DNA from: a virus
Taxonomy: Duplodnaviria; Caudoviricetes
IMG/VR virus record: IMGVR_UViG_3300006071_000014
Span: 1 to 60,345 of that record
Direction: 5' to 3' (one strand)
Length of the DNA: 60,345 nt
This document shows positions 30,475-41,305 of this stretch, in pieces. The translations under genes and the position numbers were made by a program. The number at the start of each line of letters is the position of its first letter. The first letter of the stretch is position 1. The notes below the pieces were generated by a model that was not told the DNA's origin, did not search any database, and saw nothing but the letters and a program-made list of their open reading frames with translations.

Positions 30475-30945
30475 ATGAAAAAATTTATAATCTCTTTGGC
30501 GCTGCTCTTGACAGTGAGTTATCCTGTTTTAGCCAAAGACCCCAAACCCCAAAAACCTATTGTTGCGGAAAATCCTAGCGAGTGTGTTGCACAAGCCGTT
30601 TATAATGAGGCTCGTGGCGAAGACTATCAAGGACAAGTTGCTATTGCGTGGGTAATTCGTAACAGATTGCAGAGTGGCAAGTTTCCTAACTCACCATGTA
30701 AGATTGTTTATGAAAGACATGGGCTTGATTGCCAATTTACTTTTATATGTTTTCCATTTAAACCAATAGAAAAAGTAGATGACCGCAATGATTTTTACAG
30801 CATTGCGATGATGGTGTTGTATTCAACCTATATGGTTGATCCAACCGATGGTGCGCTATACTTTAATAATAAACCCTTTAAGAATAAACAGTTCAAGTTT
30901 ATTAAAAAGATAGGACACCATTGGTTTTATACGGATGCAAATTAA
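30475..30945 (+). CDS. Cell wall hydrolase (SleB/Hydrolase_2) with signal peptide
   Basis: VYNEARGEDYQGQVAIAWVIRNR, CQFT, DPTDGALYF, IGHHWFY. Confidence 0.88.
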   Translation: MKKFIISLALLLTVSYPVLAKDPKPQKPIVAENPSECVAQAVYNEARGEDYQGQVAIAWVIRNRLQSGKFPNSPCKIVYERHGLDCQFTFICFPFKPIEKVDDRNDFYSIAMMVLYSTYMVDPTDGALYFNNKPFKNKQFKFIKKIGHHWFYTDAN

Positions 30946-31700
30946 TTAATACTTTGACCAGTATCACGAATATTGGTCAATTTTTCAATATAAAGACCCA
31001 TGTTGTGGTCATATAAGCCATCAAACAACTGACCCTTCTTCCAACAACGCCAATGCGCTCTCATGCTATCCTTGAAGCGTTGATAACGGCTTAGCGGACG
31101 AATGTTGCCATAGAAATTGATATAACATAGTTGTCCATGATGCTTGAATAGCAGCACTGGCGGTGGCACATGCGTAACCATATCATTGCAATTTACAAAA
31201 CGATAGTGGTCAGTTTTAATATCTGCAACATAATCAGCATTTCCAAGACGAGGCTGTCCAAAGGTCATAAGTTTCGTTGGCGGATATCCAGCAAATTCTA
31301 GTTCTTGGGTGATATAAAGTGCCATTGCAGCACCAAGACTGTGACCAGTAACATATATATCTTTGCCCTTATTCTTCGCTGCCCAATCTAAAACTTGGTC
31401 AAGAATTTTACGTGCTTCACGACGGAAACCTTCATGGACCCATCCTTTGCCGTGACGTTTTGGAATAGTATCAAGGTCGGCAAGTAAATCATTTGGCTGT
31501 GTTGGCTGTGTGCCTCGGCAAGAAACAATTACTTCATTCTTGCTGGCTGCAACATAACCTTGTGCGCCTTCGTTATCCAGAAACTTATACTTGGTAAAAC
31601 CAAGATTATCAAATACTTCAAAATAATTATCTTTGTATGCATCACTGGCAATTTGTGCCATAGTAACGGCTAATTCAGGTAGGCTTTGGTCTTTTAACAT
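30942..31700 (-). CDS. Class 3 lipase
   Basis: SCRGT, VHEGF, VTGHSLGAA, TFGQPRLG, NDMVTHVP, DH. Confidence 0.9.
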   Translation of the reverse strand: MLKDQSLPELAVTMAQIASDAYKDNYFEVFDNLGFTKYKFLDNEGAQGYVAASKNEVIVSCRGTQPTQPNDLLADLDTIPKRHGKGWVHEGFRREARKILDQVLDWAAKNKGKDIYVTGHSLGAAMALYITQELEFAGYPPTKLMTFGQPRLGNADYVADIKTDHYRFVNCNDMVTHVPPPVLLFKHHGQLCYINFYGNIRPLSRYQRFKDSMRAHWRCWKKGQLFDGLYDHNMGLYIEKLTNIRDTGQSIN

Positions 31701-31848
31701 AATTGATTCTCCCTTATAATAATATTTATTGGAACAGGAATGTCATAAATGTTGGGCTAAATATCATACATTCAATTACACATAGTTTTTCAACGATTCA
31801 ATTATATTCAACAATTTCAACGAATATCAATCAAATCAAGGGAAAATT

Positions 31849-34800
31849 ATGTTTAAAAAACTTATTACAGCCATCGCTGCGATGGTAGGTTTTGTTGCAG
31901 CCTCAAATGCACACGCAGATAATATTTACAATAGTATTGCAACTGCTTATGTCACAACAACAATTAGTCAAAGTGTTGTATTTGATAGCACTATGCAACA
32001 AGGTGGCACATTTACTTTTAGTGTCCTAGCCCATAATGGCGGCGGTCGTGCAGGACAAAGTGATACTGCAAACGTAAAAATAGAATTTTATAATGGTAAT
32101 AACCAACTGGTATCTACTGTTAATACTAGTTACAGTGGTAACTTGCCTAATCCTACCGCACTCGGCGGTAATCCACAAATCGATCCTGCTGTTCCTTGGA
32201 CAACACTAAGTGTCAGCAGCACTAATTGCGGTGGTAGTTGTGCTACTGTAGCATATGCCAAAGTATCTATGTATGGTATTGATGGCAGCTATTGGGCAGG
32301 CGATTATGGTCCATGGTATCGTGCGCCAACTCTAACACTCAATGGTGGAAATAACTTAGTTTATAATCCAGAGTTTGGTCCTTACAATGGCATTACAGCA
32401 CAAGGTTGGTCAGCAAGTCCAGGCTTTGGTGCTTGTCAGGGTGCATGGGGTGGAAGCAATGCTTGTATCGTTAATAGCAGCGGAACACCAGGTCAAAGCA
32501 CTGTAGGTCTTGTTGCTAACCAAAACGGTGGTGGTCCAAGCGCAACTGGTGGTACAACAAGTGGTCAAGCAGGTGGTTACAATTCTACTATGAATGTAAG
32601 CAATCCATCTGGTGCGCCTGCTGCTACTACTAGCACTAATGCAAACGGCACAACTATTACCACATCACTGGGTCAAACTACTGATACAAGCATCACTAAC
32701 AATGGCACAATCAATGTTGGTGGAACTAACGCAGGCATTAGTGCTACTAGTGCTACTACAACTACAATTACAAATGGCGGAACTATTACTACTAATAATG
32801 GCAGTGGTATCAATGCTCAACAAAGCAGCAGCACTAGTGCCAACGTAACAATTACTAATAGTGGAACTATAACTGCCAATACCAGTGGTGCAACTAATGG
32901 TAATAACACTTATTCAGCATTTGGTATCATAGCATCTTTCAATGGAACTGGCAGCACAGGCACAGCAACAGTTAATAATACATCAACTGGCACTATTACT
33001 GTTACTAATGGCAATGGTGTTATTATAAATGGTTATGGTCATGGTATTCTAAACAATGATGGTTCTATTACTGCAACACCAACTGGAACAAACAGTATGC
33101 CAGGCGTGTTGGTTGCTAATAATGGTACTATCAACAACAATGGTTCTATTACTGGTGATGTTGGCGTAGATTTCTTAAACAGCACTGCTGGCAGCACTAT
33201 TAATAATAATGCAAGCGGCACAATCACTGGCGGCAGTGGTTTAGCAATTGTTAATTTAGGCACAAATAATACTGGTGCAATCATTAATAATGCTGGCACA
33301 ATCACAGGCGATGTTCAACTATCTACTAATGGCACATATAACTTATTAGGCAATGGCAGTCAAGTGGGTGCTATTCGCTCAACTGATGCCACCAATTCTA
33401 CTAATGTTAATATTGGAACTAATGCAAGCGCAGCAACTGCTACCTTACAAGGTAACATTGGTGATCCTGCAAATACCAGTGCGCCTATCGGCACTTATGG
33501 CAACTTTCCTCGTGCCTTTACATTCCAAACTATTGGCAATGTTACAATTAATGCAAATAGTAGTTTAACAGATAATACTGGTTATACTATCAGTGCAAAT
33601 ACTGTAACAAACAATGGTACATTCGTAAGCGGAGCAGGAACAACTACTATCAATGGTGCATTTGTTAATAATGGCGTGTTCAGCACAACATATAACGGTC
33701 CATCATATAGTCAAGTTGCCGTCAATGGTAGTTTAACTCTCGGTGGTGGCGCAACGTATGTTCCAATCATTGTCGGTGGTCAAACTACTAATGTTACACT
33801 AAACTCACCATACACAAGTATCATCAGCGCAAGCGGCGGTATTAGCGGTGCATTTGTAACAACTAGTGGCTCTATCGGCAATATCAATTGGGCAATTACA
33901 CAAAATGGCAATCAGATTGATATGCTATGGACTCCAAGCGTGACTGTTACGGGAACTGCACCAGGCACTCCAATTGTAACATCAACATCAACCAATGGCG
34001 CAACTACTACAACTACTAGCGTGGCTTATGGCACACCAGTAGAAACAGCAACTATTATTGCTGGAACTTCAACAACAACACATGCTACTGCATTTGCAAG
34101 TACTAATAGCGGTAATAATGTTAGTGTTACAAGAACTGATACAACTACAGTATCAACTCCATATACTACTACCGTTACAACCGACACTCCTGTTATTACA
34201 ACTACTACAAACACAACTCCTGTAACAACAGTAATCAATACAACTCCAACTACTGTTACATCATATAGCGATGGTTCAACTACCACTGCTAATGGTTCAA
34301 CAGTAACAACTACTAATACTACAAATCAGGTATCATCAAATAATGTAACTACTGATCAAATTACTACTGCTACTTCAAGTGGCACACAAGTAGTAGCAAC
34401 ACCAGTAAGTGCAACTGCAACTGCCAGTGTAAAAGGTATGAAAGATAGCGTTGATTATCAAAACAGCAACCTGTTTATGATTGATCCATTCTTCCAAAAT
34501 AACGGAAGTTGGGCAACTCCATCTTATACATTTAGTAAGACTGCTAGCGGCAATATCGGTGGCGAAGGCATTTCTTTCGGTCATCAAGATGTTGGTGAAG
34601 GCGGTATTGTTTGGGGTGTTGCTGGTTACTATGGTCAAACAAGCAGCAATGGTTACAATAACAGCAGCAGTAGTGCTATAAACGGTAGCGGCACTGCTTA
34701 TGTATTGGCTGATACTGGCAACGGTAAAGTAAAGGCAACGGTTGGCTTTGCAAATACTGATCATACAAATACTATTAGTCTTCCAACTATTGGTATTGGT

Positions 34801-35199
34801 AATCAGCAAAAACTAAATCAAAAGAATGTGTATGCAGATATTGCTTACTATACTCCATTTGATGTTCTTGGTTGGACACCATTCGTTGGCGTTACAGTTA
34901 ATGATAGCACTATTAGCGATAGTGGAAGCAGTGGAAGCGCAGTATTGGCTCAGCCTACAAATACTGGCTCAACTGTAAAGACTACTCCTTATGCAGGTGC
35001 TCAAATCAAGATTAATGATAACATTGCGCTACAAGGAAAAGTTAGCAACACTGACGAACATGGTGTTGTTGGCAGTGGTAAAGTTATTGTTAAAAAGAAA
35101 ATCATTGATAATACCAGTCTATACCTAAGTGCAAGTTATGATCATGGCAACAACTATGATAATGGCACAGTAATGGTTGGTTTAACTGTTGATTTCTAA
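31849..35199 (+). CDS. Autotransporter-like outer-membrane adhesin
   Basis: Sec signal (AHA), NNGTI beta-helix repeats, Thr-rich linker, amphipathic C-terminal strands ending in F. Confidence 0.7.
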   Translation: MFKKLITAIAAMVGFVAASNAHADNIYNSIATAYVTTTISQSVVFDSTMQQGGTFTFSVLAHNGGGRAGQSDTANVKIEFYNGNNQLVSTVNTSYSGNLPNPTALGGNPQIDPAVPWTTLSVSSTNCGGSCATVAYAKVSMYGIDGSYWAGDYGPWYRAPTLTLNGGNNLVYNPEFGPYNGITAQGWSASPGFGACQGAWGGSNACIVNSSGTPGQSTVGLVANQNGGGPSATGGTTSGQAGGYNSTMNVSNPSGAPAATTSTNANGTTITTSLGQTTDTSITNNGTINVGGTNAGISATSATTTTITNGGTITTNNGSGINAQQSSSTSANVTITNSGTITANTSGATNGNNTYSAFGIIASFNGTGSTGTATVNNTSTGTITVTNGNGVIINGYGHGILNNDGSITATPTGTNSMPGVLVANNGTINNNGSITGDVGVDFLNSTAGSTINNNASGTITGGSGLAIVNLGTNNTGAIINNAGTITGDVQLSTNGTYNLLGNGSQVGAIRSTDATNSTNVNIGTNASAATATLQGNIGDPANTSAPIGTYGNFPRAFTFQTIGNVTINANSSLTDNTGYTISANTVTNNGTFVSGAGTTTINGAFVNNGVFSTTYNGPSYSQVAVNGSLTLGGGATYVPIIVGGQTTNVTLNSPYTSIISASGGISGAFVTTSGSIGNINWAITQNGNQIDMLWTPSVTVTGTAPGTPIVTSTSTNGATTTTTSVAYGTPVETATIIAGTSTTTHATAFASTNSGNNVSVTRTDTTTVSTPYTTTVTTDTPVITTTTNTTPVTTVINTTPTTVTSYSDGSTTTANGSTVTTTNTTNQVSSNNVTTDQITTATSSGTQVVATPVSATATASVKGMKDSVDYQNSNLFMIDPFFQNNGSWATPSYTFSKTASGNIGGEGISFGHQDVGEGGIVWGVAGYYGQTSSNGYNNSSSSAINGSGTAYVLADTGNGKVKATVGFANTDHTNTISLPTIGIGNQQKLNQKNVYADIAYYTPFDVLGWTPFVGVTVNDSTISDSGSSGSAVLAQPTNTGSTVKTTPYAGAQIKINDNIALQGKVSNTDEHGVVGSGKVIVKKKIIDNTSLYLSASYDHGNNYDNGTVMVGLTVDF

Positions 35200-35243
35200 T
35201 TGACATTTTGATGCCCCTATGCTAAATTACAGTATAGGGGCAT
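35200..35243 (+). promoter_or_regulatory. Promoter overlapped by a 13-bp inverted repeat
   Basis: TTGACA-N17-TAAATT; ATGCCCCTATGCT / AGTATAGGGGCAT. Confidence 0.55.
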
Positions 35244-35245
35244 TT

Positions 35246-36424
35246 ATGTTTTTTTTAATAAGCGATTTAGCAGATTTACGGTTTCCTTGTAACTTTAAAC
35301 TAACTGAAAATCGGTGGTTAAACAGTGATGAAGGATGGATGCGTTTATCCGATAACTTTTATTTTAAAGGTTATTGTATGGAATCTTTTAATTATACTGA
35401 TTTAATGGATGATCCAACCCCTCGTCATTTTGGAAACTTTGCTGCTATATTTGTTCAAGATAATAATATTGTCATTACGCATGACAGAGAACGCAGTTTT
35501 CCACTTTATCATGATATTGTTACCAATGCTGTTGGTAACATAGGTTTATCACAGAATAATAAAATTGGTTCTAACAGTTTAGTCAGTATATTATCCAATG
35601 GAGATATTATACAAAATTTTATTAAAATACCATATTCATTTGATAATGAACTTACTATAGATAATGCGGTTGAAATTATCTACGAAAAACTTATTAAACA
35701 TTTTACTTGGTTAAAAAATAACTGCCCAGTAGTTCCTAAAATATTTTTTACGGGTGGTATTGATACTATGTTATGTCTTGCAATGCTGCGTAATTTAGAT
35801 ATAGCACACGATTTATTAGTTTGCGAACATTATGATTTAGATCATTTTACTTCAAAATTTCGTTACCAGATATCACAGAATTGGGGTTATGCTCAAATTC
35901 ATCACTGGAACAATGATTCATGGTTAATTTCAGGAGCAATGGGTGATGAGACTTTTTTACGCGGACCAAGCGCCATTAATATGATATTAATGAACCGTGG
36001 AAAAAATATAGCAGAATTAATTAAAAATAGTGACTACCATTATCAATATTTTAATGCAGATAAAAATTTAAAAATTTATACAGAACAACAAAATGATCCA
36101 AAATTAAAAATATATACCAAAAATATAAATCATTTGTATAAAAGAATAGTAGAAATAAATTTAAATGATTATCAACATTGGCATTTAGGTAAAACTATTA
36201 CTTTTACACCATTTAAAGATATATCTATACTAACTACTATATTAAGCATGGACAATAACAGTTTAGATTTACAAATGGCAGATGCGCAATTACAAAAAAA
36301 ATTAATTGCAAAAGCAGCACCAGAACTGTTAAAGTATCTTATGCCACAGAAAAATATAGATGCAGATAGCAGCATAGCTACCGTATGGGAATTATACAAG
36401 GATTTATATAATGGAACAGCCTAA
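35246..36424 (+). CDS. Asparagine-synthase-like ATP pyrophosphatase protein
   Basis: GNFAAIF..THDRERSFPLY, FFTGGIDT PP-loop, SGAMGDE. Confidence 0.6.
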   Translation: MFFLISDLADLRFPCNFKLTENRWLNSDEGWMRLSDNFYFKGYCMESFNYTDLMDDPTPRHFGNFAAIFVQDNNIVITHDRERSFPLYHDIVTNAVGNIGLSQNNKIGSNSLVSILSNGDIIQNFIKIPYSFDNELTIDNAVEIIYEKLIKHFTWLKNNCPVVPKIFFTGGIDTMLCLAMLRNLDIAHDLLVCEHYDLDHFTSKFRYQISQNWGYAQIHHWNNDSWLISGAMGDETFLRGPSAINMILMNRGKNIAELIKNSDYHYQYFNADKNLKIYTEQQNDPKLKIYTKNINHLYKRIVEINLNDYQHWHLGKTITFTPFKDISILTTILSMDNNSLDLQMADAQLQKKLIAKAAPELLKYLMPQKNIDADSSIATVWELYKDLYNGTA

Positions 36425-36773
36425 ACCAAACCTTGAAGCAGATTTGTTTGATAGCCAATATATTCGTGATAAAGCACGAAATAATGATATCTATTGTCAG
36501 CATCTTTATGCTACGCTCAGCAATAATGAGTTTATTAAGGCAGAAGTCCTATCAATTTTAGCAGCAGAGCATTGGTCTTGTTCTTGGCGTCATGCGGGCG
36601 GTATTGCCGCTGCATTGTATGATGGCACTTTTAGTGGCGATTATATGCGCTATTACGTAAGCAATATGATGGATAGTAATGATTATATTACCGAAGGAAT
36701 GATTGACGAAGAAATTCGTGAAGATTTCAAAAAAATTGGTTGGTATGTGGTTGAAAACAAGGTAAATATATAA
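36411..36773 (+). CDS. Hypothetical protein
   Basis: YCQHLYATLSNNEF...WSCSWRHAGGI. Confidence 0.6.
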   Translation: MEQPKPNLEADLFDSQYIRDKARNNDIYCQHLYATLSNNEFIKAEVLSILAAEHWSCSWRHAGGIAAALYDGTFSGDYMRYYVSNMMDSNDYITEGMIDEEIREDFKKIGWYVVENKVNI

Positions 36774-38275
36774 TGTTCTTAAACATTTTAGCACTCCTAA
36801 GTGCCATCTCAATCAGTGGTGTTGCAGCATATTATAGTATTGCTGGATTAACTGCCATCTTTAGTGGAGCAGTAATTCCTATTATCATTATGGGAACTGT
36901 ATTAGAATTTGGTAAGATTATTACCACAGTATGGTTGCACGGTAATTGGAACAAGATAAATTTGTTTATCAAATATTATCTGAGCCTTGCAGTTATTGTT
37001 CTTATGTTTGTTACATCTATGGGTATCTTTGGATTTCTTAGCCGTGCGCATATTGAAACTACCAGCAGTGTAGGCGATAATACCCTACTCATTGAACAGA
37101 TTGATCAAAATCTTGCAGTTGAACAACAACGAATTAAAGATAATCAAAAGATTATTGCGCAAATGGATGATGCTGTTAATGGATTGTTGAACAGTAGCGC
37201 ATCAAATGCTACTAAAGACAACAATCGCACAGCAACCTTAACCACACAAGCAACTAAATTACGTGATGGTCAAAAGAAAGATCGTGAAGCGGCTAATAAA
37301 ACTATTGATGATACCAATAAACGTATTCAAGATTTGAATAGTCAGAAGTTAAAACTTAACCAGGCACAACTTAAAGTTGAAGCCGAAGTTGGACCAATCA
37401 AATATATTGCTCAATTAATATATGGAGATAGTGTCGATAAAAACTTGCTTGAACGAGCAGTTCGTTGGGTTATTATTTTTATTGTAGCAGTATTTGATCC
37501 ACTTGCAGTATCACTTGTGTTAGGTGCTACGATGAGCATTGGTTGGCGCAAGCCAAAAGAAGAAAACACAGTAGAATATATTGAAAAGATTGTAGAAGTT
37601 CCTGTTGAAAAAATTGTAACTGTATATAATAATGATGCGATTATTCGTGCAGAAGCCTTACAAGAAGAAGTAGAAGAACTTCGCAATCGAGAGCCAGAAA
37701 TTGTAGAACGTGTCATTACTCAGGCAGTTCCTATCTATGAAGAACGCATTGTTGAAAAGATAGTAGAAGTTCCAACTATTGTTGAACGTATTGTTGAAGT
37801 AGAAAAGATTGTGGAAGTTCCTGTTGAAACTATTCGTGAAGTTGAACGTATAGTTGATAATACTGATAACAAAACACTAATGGATTTAACTGCAGCATTG
37901 GATCAACTATTAAAAGAAGTAGAAAATAAAAATCATGAGATTCGTCGTCTTCATGCCGCAAATGAAATATTGCGTGAAGAACAAGCTGGTGTAGATGAAA
38001 AAGCATACTTACTTGATATAGACACAGATATTGTTGGTCCAATATTTCCAAATGACCCATATGTAGGTCAGTTGTTTATTCTTGTTTCACAGCCAAATAA
38101 TCTTCATAAATGGAACGGTGATATGTGGATTTTAGTTGACAAGACACAAAATACTGGCTATACTGATAATATAAATTGGAAACATTGGCAGTTGGGCAGA
38201 CTACAGAGAGCAGAGATTGAGTTTGACGATATGACTAATGCTGAACAATCTGCACTAGAAACGTTAAATGTATGA
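36773..38275 (+). CDS. Membrane protein with periplasmic coiled coil and IVEVPVEK repeats
   Basis: Three N-terminal TMs, coiled coil, VFDPLAV TM, E/V/K/I repeats. Confidence 0.7.
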   Translation: MFLNILALLSAISISGVAAYYSIAGLTAIFSGAVIPIIIMGTVLEFGKIITTVWLHGNWNKINLFIKYYLSLAVIVLMFVTSMGIFGFLSRAHIETTSSVGDNTLLIEQIDQNLAVEQQRIKDNQKIIAQMDDAVNGLLNSSASNATKDNNRTATLTTQATKLRDGQKKDREAANKTIDDTNKRIQDLNSQKLKLNQAQLKVEAEVGPIKYIAQLIYGDSVDKNLLERAVRWVIIFIVAVFDPLAVSLVLGATMSIGWRKPKEENTVEYIEKIVEVPVEKIVTVYNNDAIIRAEALQEEVEELRNREPEIVERVITQAVPIYEERIVEKIVEVPTIVERIVEVEKIVEVPVETIREVERIVDNTDNKTLMDLTAALDQLLKEVENKNHEIRRLHAANEILREEQAGVDEKAYLLDIDTDIVGPIFPNDPYVGQLFILVSQPNNLHKWNGDMWILVDKTQNTGYTDNINWKHWQLGRLQRAEIEFDDMTNAEQSALETLNV

Positions 38276-38664
38276 ATAATAGCAGAATAGTAACTGAGCC
38301 TGATATAGATTTAGATAACAGGTTTAAAGTATTGCTCATTGATTGTGAATGGGGCGATATTGAACGTTTAAGTAAAAGTATCAGTTCATTAGGAATAGAT
38401 ATTACATTGTTTCTATATGGCAGCAATGATAGCAATGACAATTGGTGTATTAATACCAACAAACATGCCCATGCTACGTTAGTTAATTGCAGATTTAGTG
38501 GTAAAAAAGAGTTACTTAAAGGTTTTTTGCTTGCTCAACGAAATACGTGGGCATTAGGGCAAAATGAAATTGGCTCAGCAATACATAGAAATACATTCGA
38601 CATTTATTCTTGGTTGCTTGAACAATATAATAATTATAATAAAGAGGAAAATAATGGCACATAG
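38272..38664 (+). CDS. Hypothetical protein
   Basis: 130-aa ORF ending in TAG, overlapping the bS21 start. Confidence 0.55.
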   Translation: MNNSRIVTEPDIDLDNRFKVLLIDCEWGDIERLSKSISSLGIDITLFLYGSNDSNDNWCINTNKHAHATLVNCRFSGKKELLKGFLLAQRNTWALGQNEIGSAIHRNTFDIYSWLLEQYNNYNKEENNGT

Positions 38665-38902
38665 ACCAGAGTTAGAAAATGTACGTCAGCGTGGATTTTT
38701 CGTTGAAGTTCATAACAATGATGTTAATAAAGCACTTCGTAAAATGAAGAAAGTGCTACAGCAAGATGGAATTTTTCAAGTTCTTCGCGAGCGTGAGCGT
38801 TTTGAACAACCAAGTATGGTTCGTAAGAAAGCCAAAGCACGTGCAGTAAAGCGTTGGCAGAAGAAGTTAAAAGAACTTCGTAATAGTGGCATCGCACGAT
38901 AA
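38654..38902 (+). CDS. rpsU: Ribosomal protein bS21
   Basis: VEVHNNDVNKALRKMKK...RERERFEQPSMVRKK; GAGG RBS before ATG 38654. Confidence 0.88.
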   Translation: MAHRPELENVRQRGFFVEVHNNDVNKALRKMKKVLQQDGIFQVLRERERFEQPSMVRKKAKARAVKRWQKKLKELRNSGIAR

Positions 38903-38916
38903 TCAATAGGTGAATA

Positions 38917-40023
38917 ATGCGTATTATTAATGATACCAAGTTGGATTTCTCCGACGTTCTAATCTTGCCTAAACGATCTACTCTTACAAGCCGTGAAGAA
39001 GTATCTCTAGAACGAACTTTTACATTTCGTAATAGTAAGCGTACATGGATAGGGAAACCTGTCATGGCGGCAAACATGGATGGTGTCGGAACATTTGAGA
39101 TGGCAGAGAAACTTGCCTCTTATTATATGTTCACATGCTTACGCAAGAATTATACTACGGAAGAACTGATCCTATGGATTGGTCGTAGCGGTTATCTAAT
39201 CCAAGAATATTGGGCATATGGTCTTGGTATCAAAGAAGAAGAATACGAAAAGTTCAAACTTATTAAAAGCAAACTGCCACCAAACAATATCAAGTTTGTT
39301 TGCATTGATGTTGCTAATGGTTATACCGAACGATTTGTAGAGTTTGTTAAACGTTTTCGTGCCGAAAATCCTGACCTAATTATCATTGCTGGTAATGTGG
39401 TAACTGGTGATATGACAGAGGAGTTGATACTGAGTGGAGCAGATATTATTAAAGTTGGTATTGGTCCTGGTAGTGTCTGTACTACTCGTCTCAAAACGGG
39501 TGTTGGTTATCCACAGCTTAGTGCTATTATTGAGTGTGCTGATGCTGCTCATGGGCTTGGCGGACATATCATTAGTGATGGTGGTTGCGTTTGTCCTGGC
39601 GATGTGTCTAAGGCTTTTGGGGCTGGGTCCGACTTCGTGATGCTTGGTGGTATGCTAGCAGGTCATGATCAGGGCGGCGGTGATATTGTCACGCAAACTA
39701 CTCGCTCTAATCAGGTATGGATACAGGACGATGGCACCCCTGATGATATCTTTACTACACAACAGTTTGTTAAGTTCTATGGCATGAGTTCAAAATCTGC
39801 CAATGAAAAGCATAGTGGTGGATTGAAATCATATCGTGCTGCAGAAGGCAAAGAAGTTGCTGTGCCTTATCGTGGCGATGTTAGCGATACGGTTCAAGAT
39901 ATTCTTGGCGGCATAAGAAGCACTCTAACTTATACGGGCAGCAAGTCGCTTAAAGAACTATCTAAACGTACAACATTTATTCATGTGAATAATCAAGTGA
40001 ATAATATTTTTGGCAAAATATGA
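38917..40023 (+). CDS. guaC: GMP reductase
   Basis: [46 protein letters not shown]. Confidence 0.93.
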   Translation: MRIINDTKLDFSDVLILPKRSTLTSREEVSLERTFTFRNSKRTWIGKPVMAANMDGVGTFEMAEKLASYYMFTCLRKNYTTEELILWIGRSGYLIQEYWAYGLGIKEEEYEKFKLIKSKLPPNNIKFVCIDVANGYTERFVEFVKRFRAENPDLIIIAGNVVTGDMTEELILSGADIIKVGIGPGSVCTTRLKTGVGYPQLSAIIECADAAHGLGGHIISDGGCVCPGDVSKAFGAGSDFVMLGGMLAGHDQGGGDIVTQTTRSNQVWIQDDGTPDDIFTTQQFVKFYGMSSKSANEKHSGGLKSYRAAEGKEVAVPYRGDVSDTVQDILGGIRSTLTYTGSKSLKELSKRTTFIHVNNQVNNIFGKI

Positions 40024-40718
40024 AAAATAATATAAAATATTATCCAGAGGGTTTTTATGTTTATGCATACCTGCGTGACGATGGAACTCCTTATTATATT
40101 GGTAAGGGTAACGGGGACCGTGCTTGGACAAAACATGAAAATGTTGATAAACCTCAAAAAAATCTCATTAAAATTTTAGAATCTAACCTAACAGAATCAG
40201 AGGCATTAGATATTGAAACAAAACTAATTAAAAAACATGGTAGAAAAAATTACGATGAAAATGGAATATTATTAAACAAAAAATTAGTTGGAAGTATTCA
40301 AAAAATGTTAGATGAAAAAGAAAATTTTAAAGAAATCAGTGATGTAAAAAATTCTCAGTATCTTTCTTTGGGAAAAGCAGCACTTTATGTTAATCGAAGC
40401 AAAACTACATTAACAAGAAATATTCGAGCAAAAAAACTATCTGCTAAAATGCATGAAGATGGATCATATAGTATTTGTATTAATGATTTAAATAATTATT
40501 TAAAAAAAATCAATGATAGGGAACTTATTTCTTCAAACAAATCTGAAAACGAATCATTTGTTAATAATCATGTAATTGTTTTAAAAAATAAAATTGAAGA
40601 TTTAGAAAATAAAATTATTATTTTATCTGAGCAATTAAATGACATTAAAATTGATAGAGACAGTTGGAAAAAACAAGCAGATACATCATATAATTTATTA
40701 CAAAAATATTTAAAATAA
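40020..40718 (+). CDS. GIY-YIG nuclease fused to HTH and coiled coil
   Basis: [17 protein letters not shown]; E..LI; GILLN; then [28 protein letters not shown]. Confidence 0.75.
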   Translation: MKNNIKYYPEGFYVYAYLRDDGTPYYIGKGNGDRAWTKHENVDKPQKNLIKILESNLTESEALDIETKLIKKHGRKNYDENGILLNKKLVGSIQKMLDEKENFKEISDVKNSQYLSLGKAALYVNRSKTTLTRNIRAKKLSAKMHEDGSYSICINDLNNYLKKINDRELISSNKSENESFVNNHVIVLKNKIEDLENKIIILSEQLNDIKIDRDSWKKQADTSYNLLQKYLK

Positions 40719-40755
40719 ACCCTTGACAAATGATGCGTGAATCACTAAATATAGT

Positions 40756-40816
40756 TAGACGATGCCATTATGGGTCGTCTATCGCATACTCGCTTTAAAA
40801 AGGAGAAACAAGCATG
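40756..40816 (+). promoter_or_regulatory. ROSE-like RNA thermometer in the hsp20 leader
   Basis: 5' hairpin TAGACGA/TCGTCTA, then CTCGCT able to pair with the AGGAG SD; promoter TTGACA-N17-TAAATA at 40723-40751. Confidence 0.6.
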
Positions 40817-41254
40817 AGTAACCTTCTACAGGTCTTCGACCAAAAATTATTTGATAACCTTCATCGCACTACTATTGGTTTTGATCGTATGTTTGATGAT
40901 ATGCTGCGTGTAAATAGCATTCAAGTACAACAAAATTACCCCCCATACAATATCATCCGCAACGATGAAACCAATTATGAAATTCAGATTGCCATCAGTG
41001 GCTTTTCTGAAAAAGATATTGATATCACTTTAACTGATAATCAATTGGTTATCACTGGCGAAAACACCGACGAGGATACCAATGAGTATCTTCACCGTGG
41101 CATTGCTGCTCGCAAGTTTATTCGCACATTTTCACTCAGTGATGATGTTGTAGTAAATGCTGCAAAGGTTAAGAATGGCTTGCTTATCGTAGAACTGCAA
41201 CATATTGTTCCAGACGAAAAGAAGCCAAAGAAAATTCCAGTAATTTCAGAATAA
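40814..41254 (+). CDS. Small heat-shock protein Hsp20/IbpA
   Basis: IGFDRMF, NYPPYNI, YLHRGIAARKF, NGLL, KPKKIPV. Confidence 0.93.
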   Translation: MSNLLQVFDQKLFDNLHRTTIGFDRMFDDMLRVNSIQVQQNYPPYNIIRNDETNYEIQIAISGFSEKDIDITLTDNQLVITGENTDEDTNEYLHRGIAARKFIRTFSLSDDVVVNAAKVKNGLLIVELQHIVPDEKKPKKIPVISE

Positions 41255-41267
41255 TTTATAGCAATAA

Positions 41268-41293
41268 ACACGGCGGGAATTGTCCCGCCGTGT
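41268..41293 (+). terminator. GC-rich hairpin after hsp20 (terminator or processing site)
   Basis: ACACGGCGGGA-ATTG-TCCCGCCGTGT; no clear U-tract. Confidence 0.6.
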
Positions 41294-41305
41294 AAATAAT
41301 AGAAG

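Noticed and set aside
31703-31888. 61-aa ORF
   Set aside because: Lies in the divergent promoter region, has no RBS and low-complexity composition.
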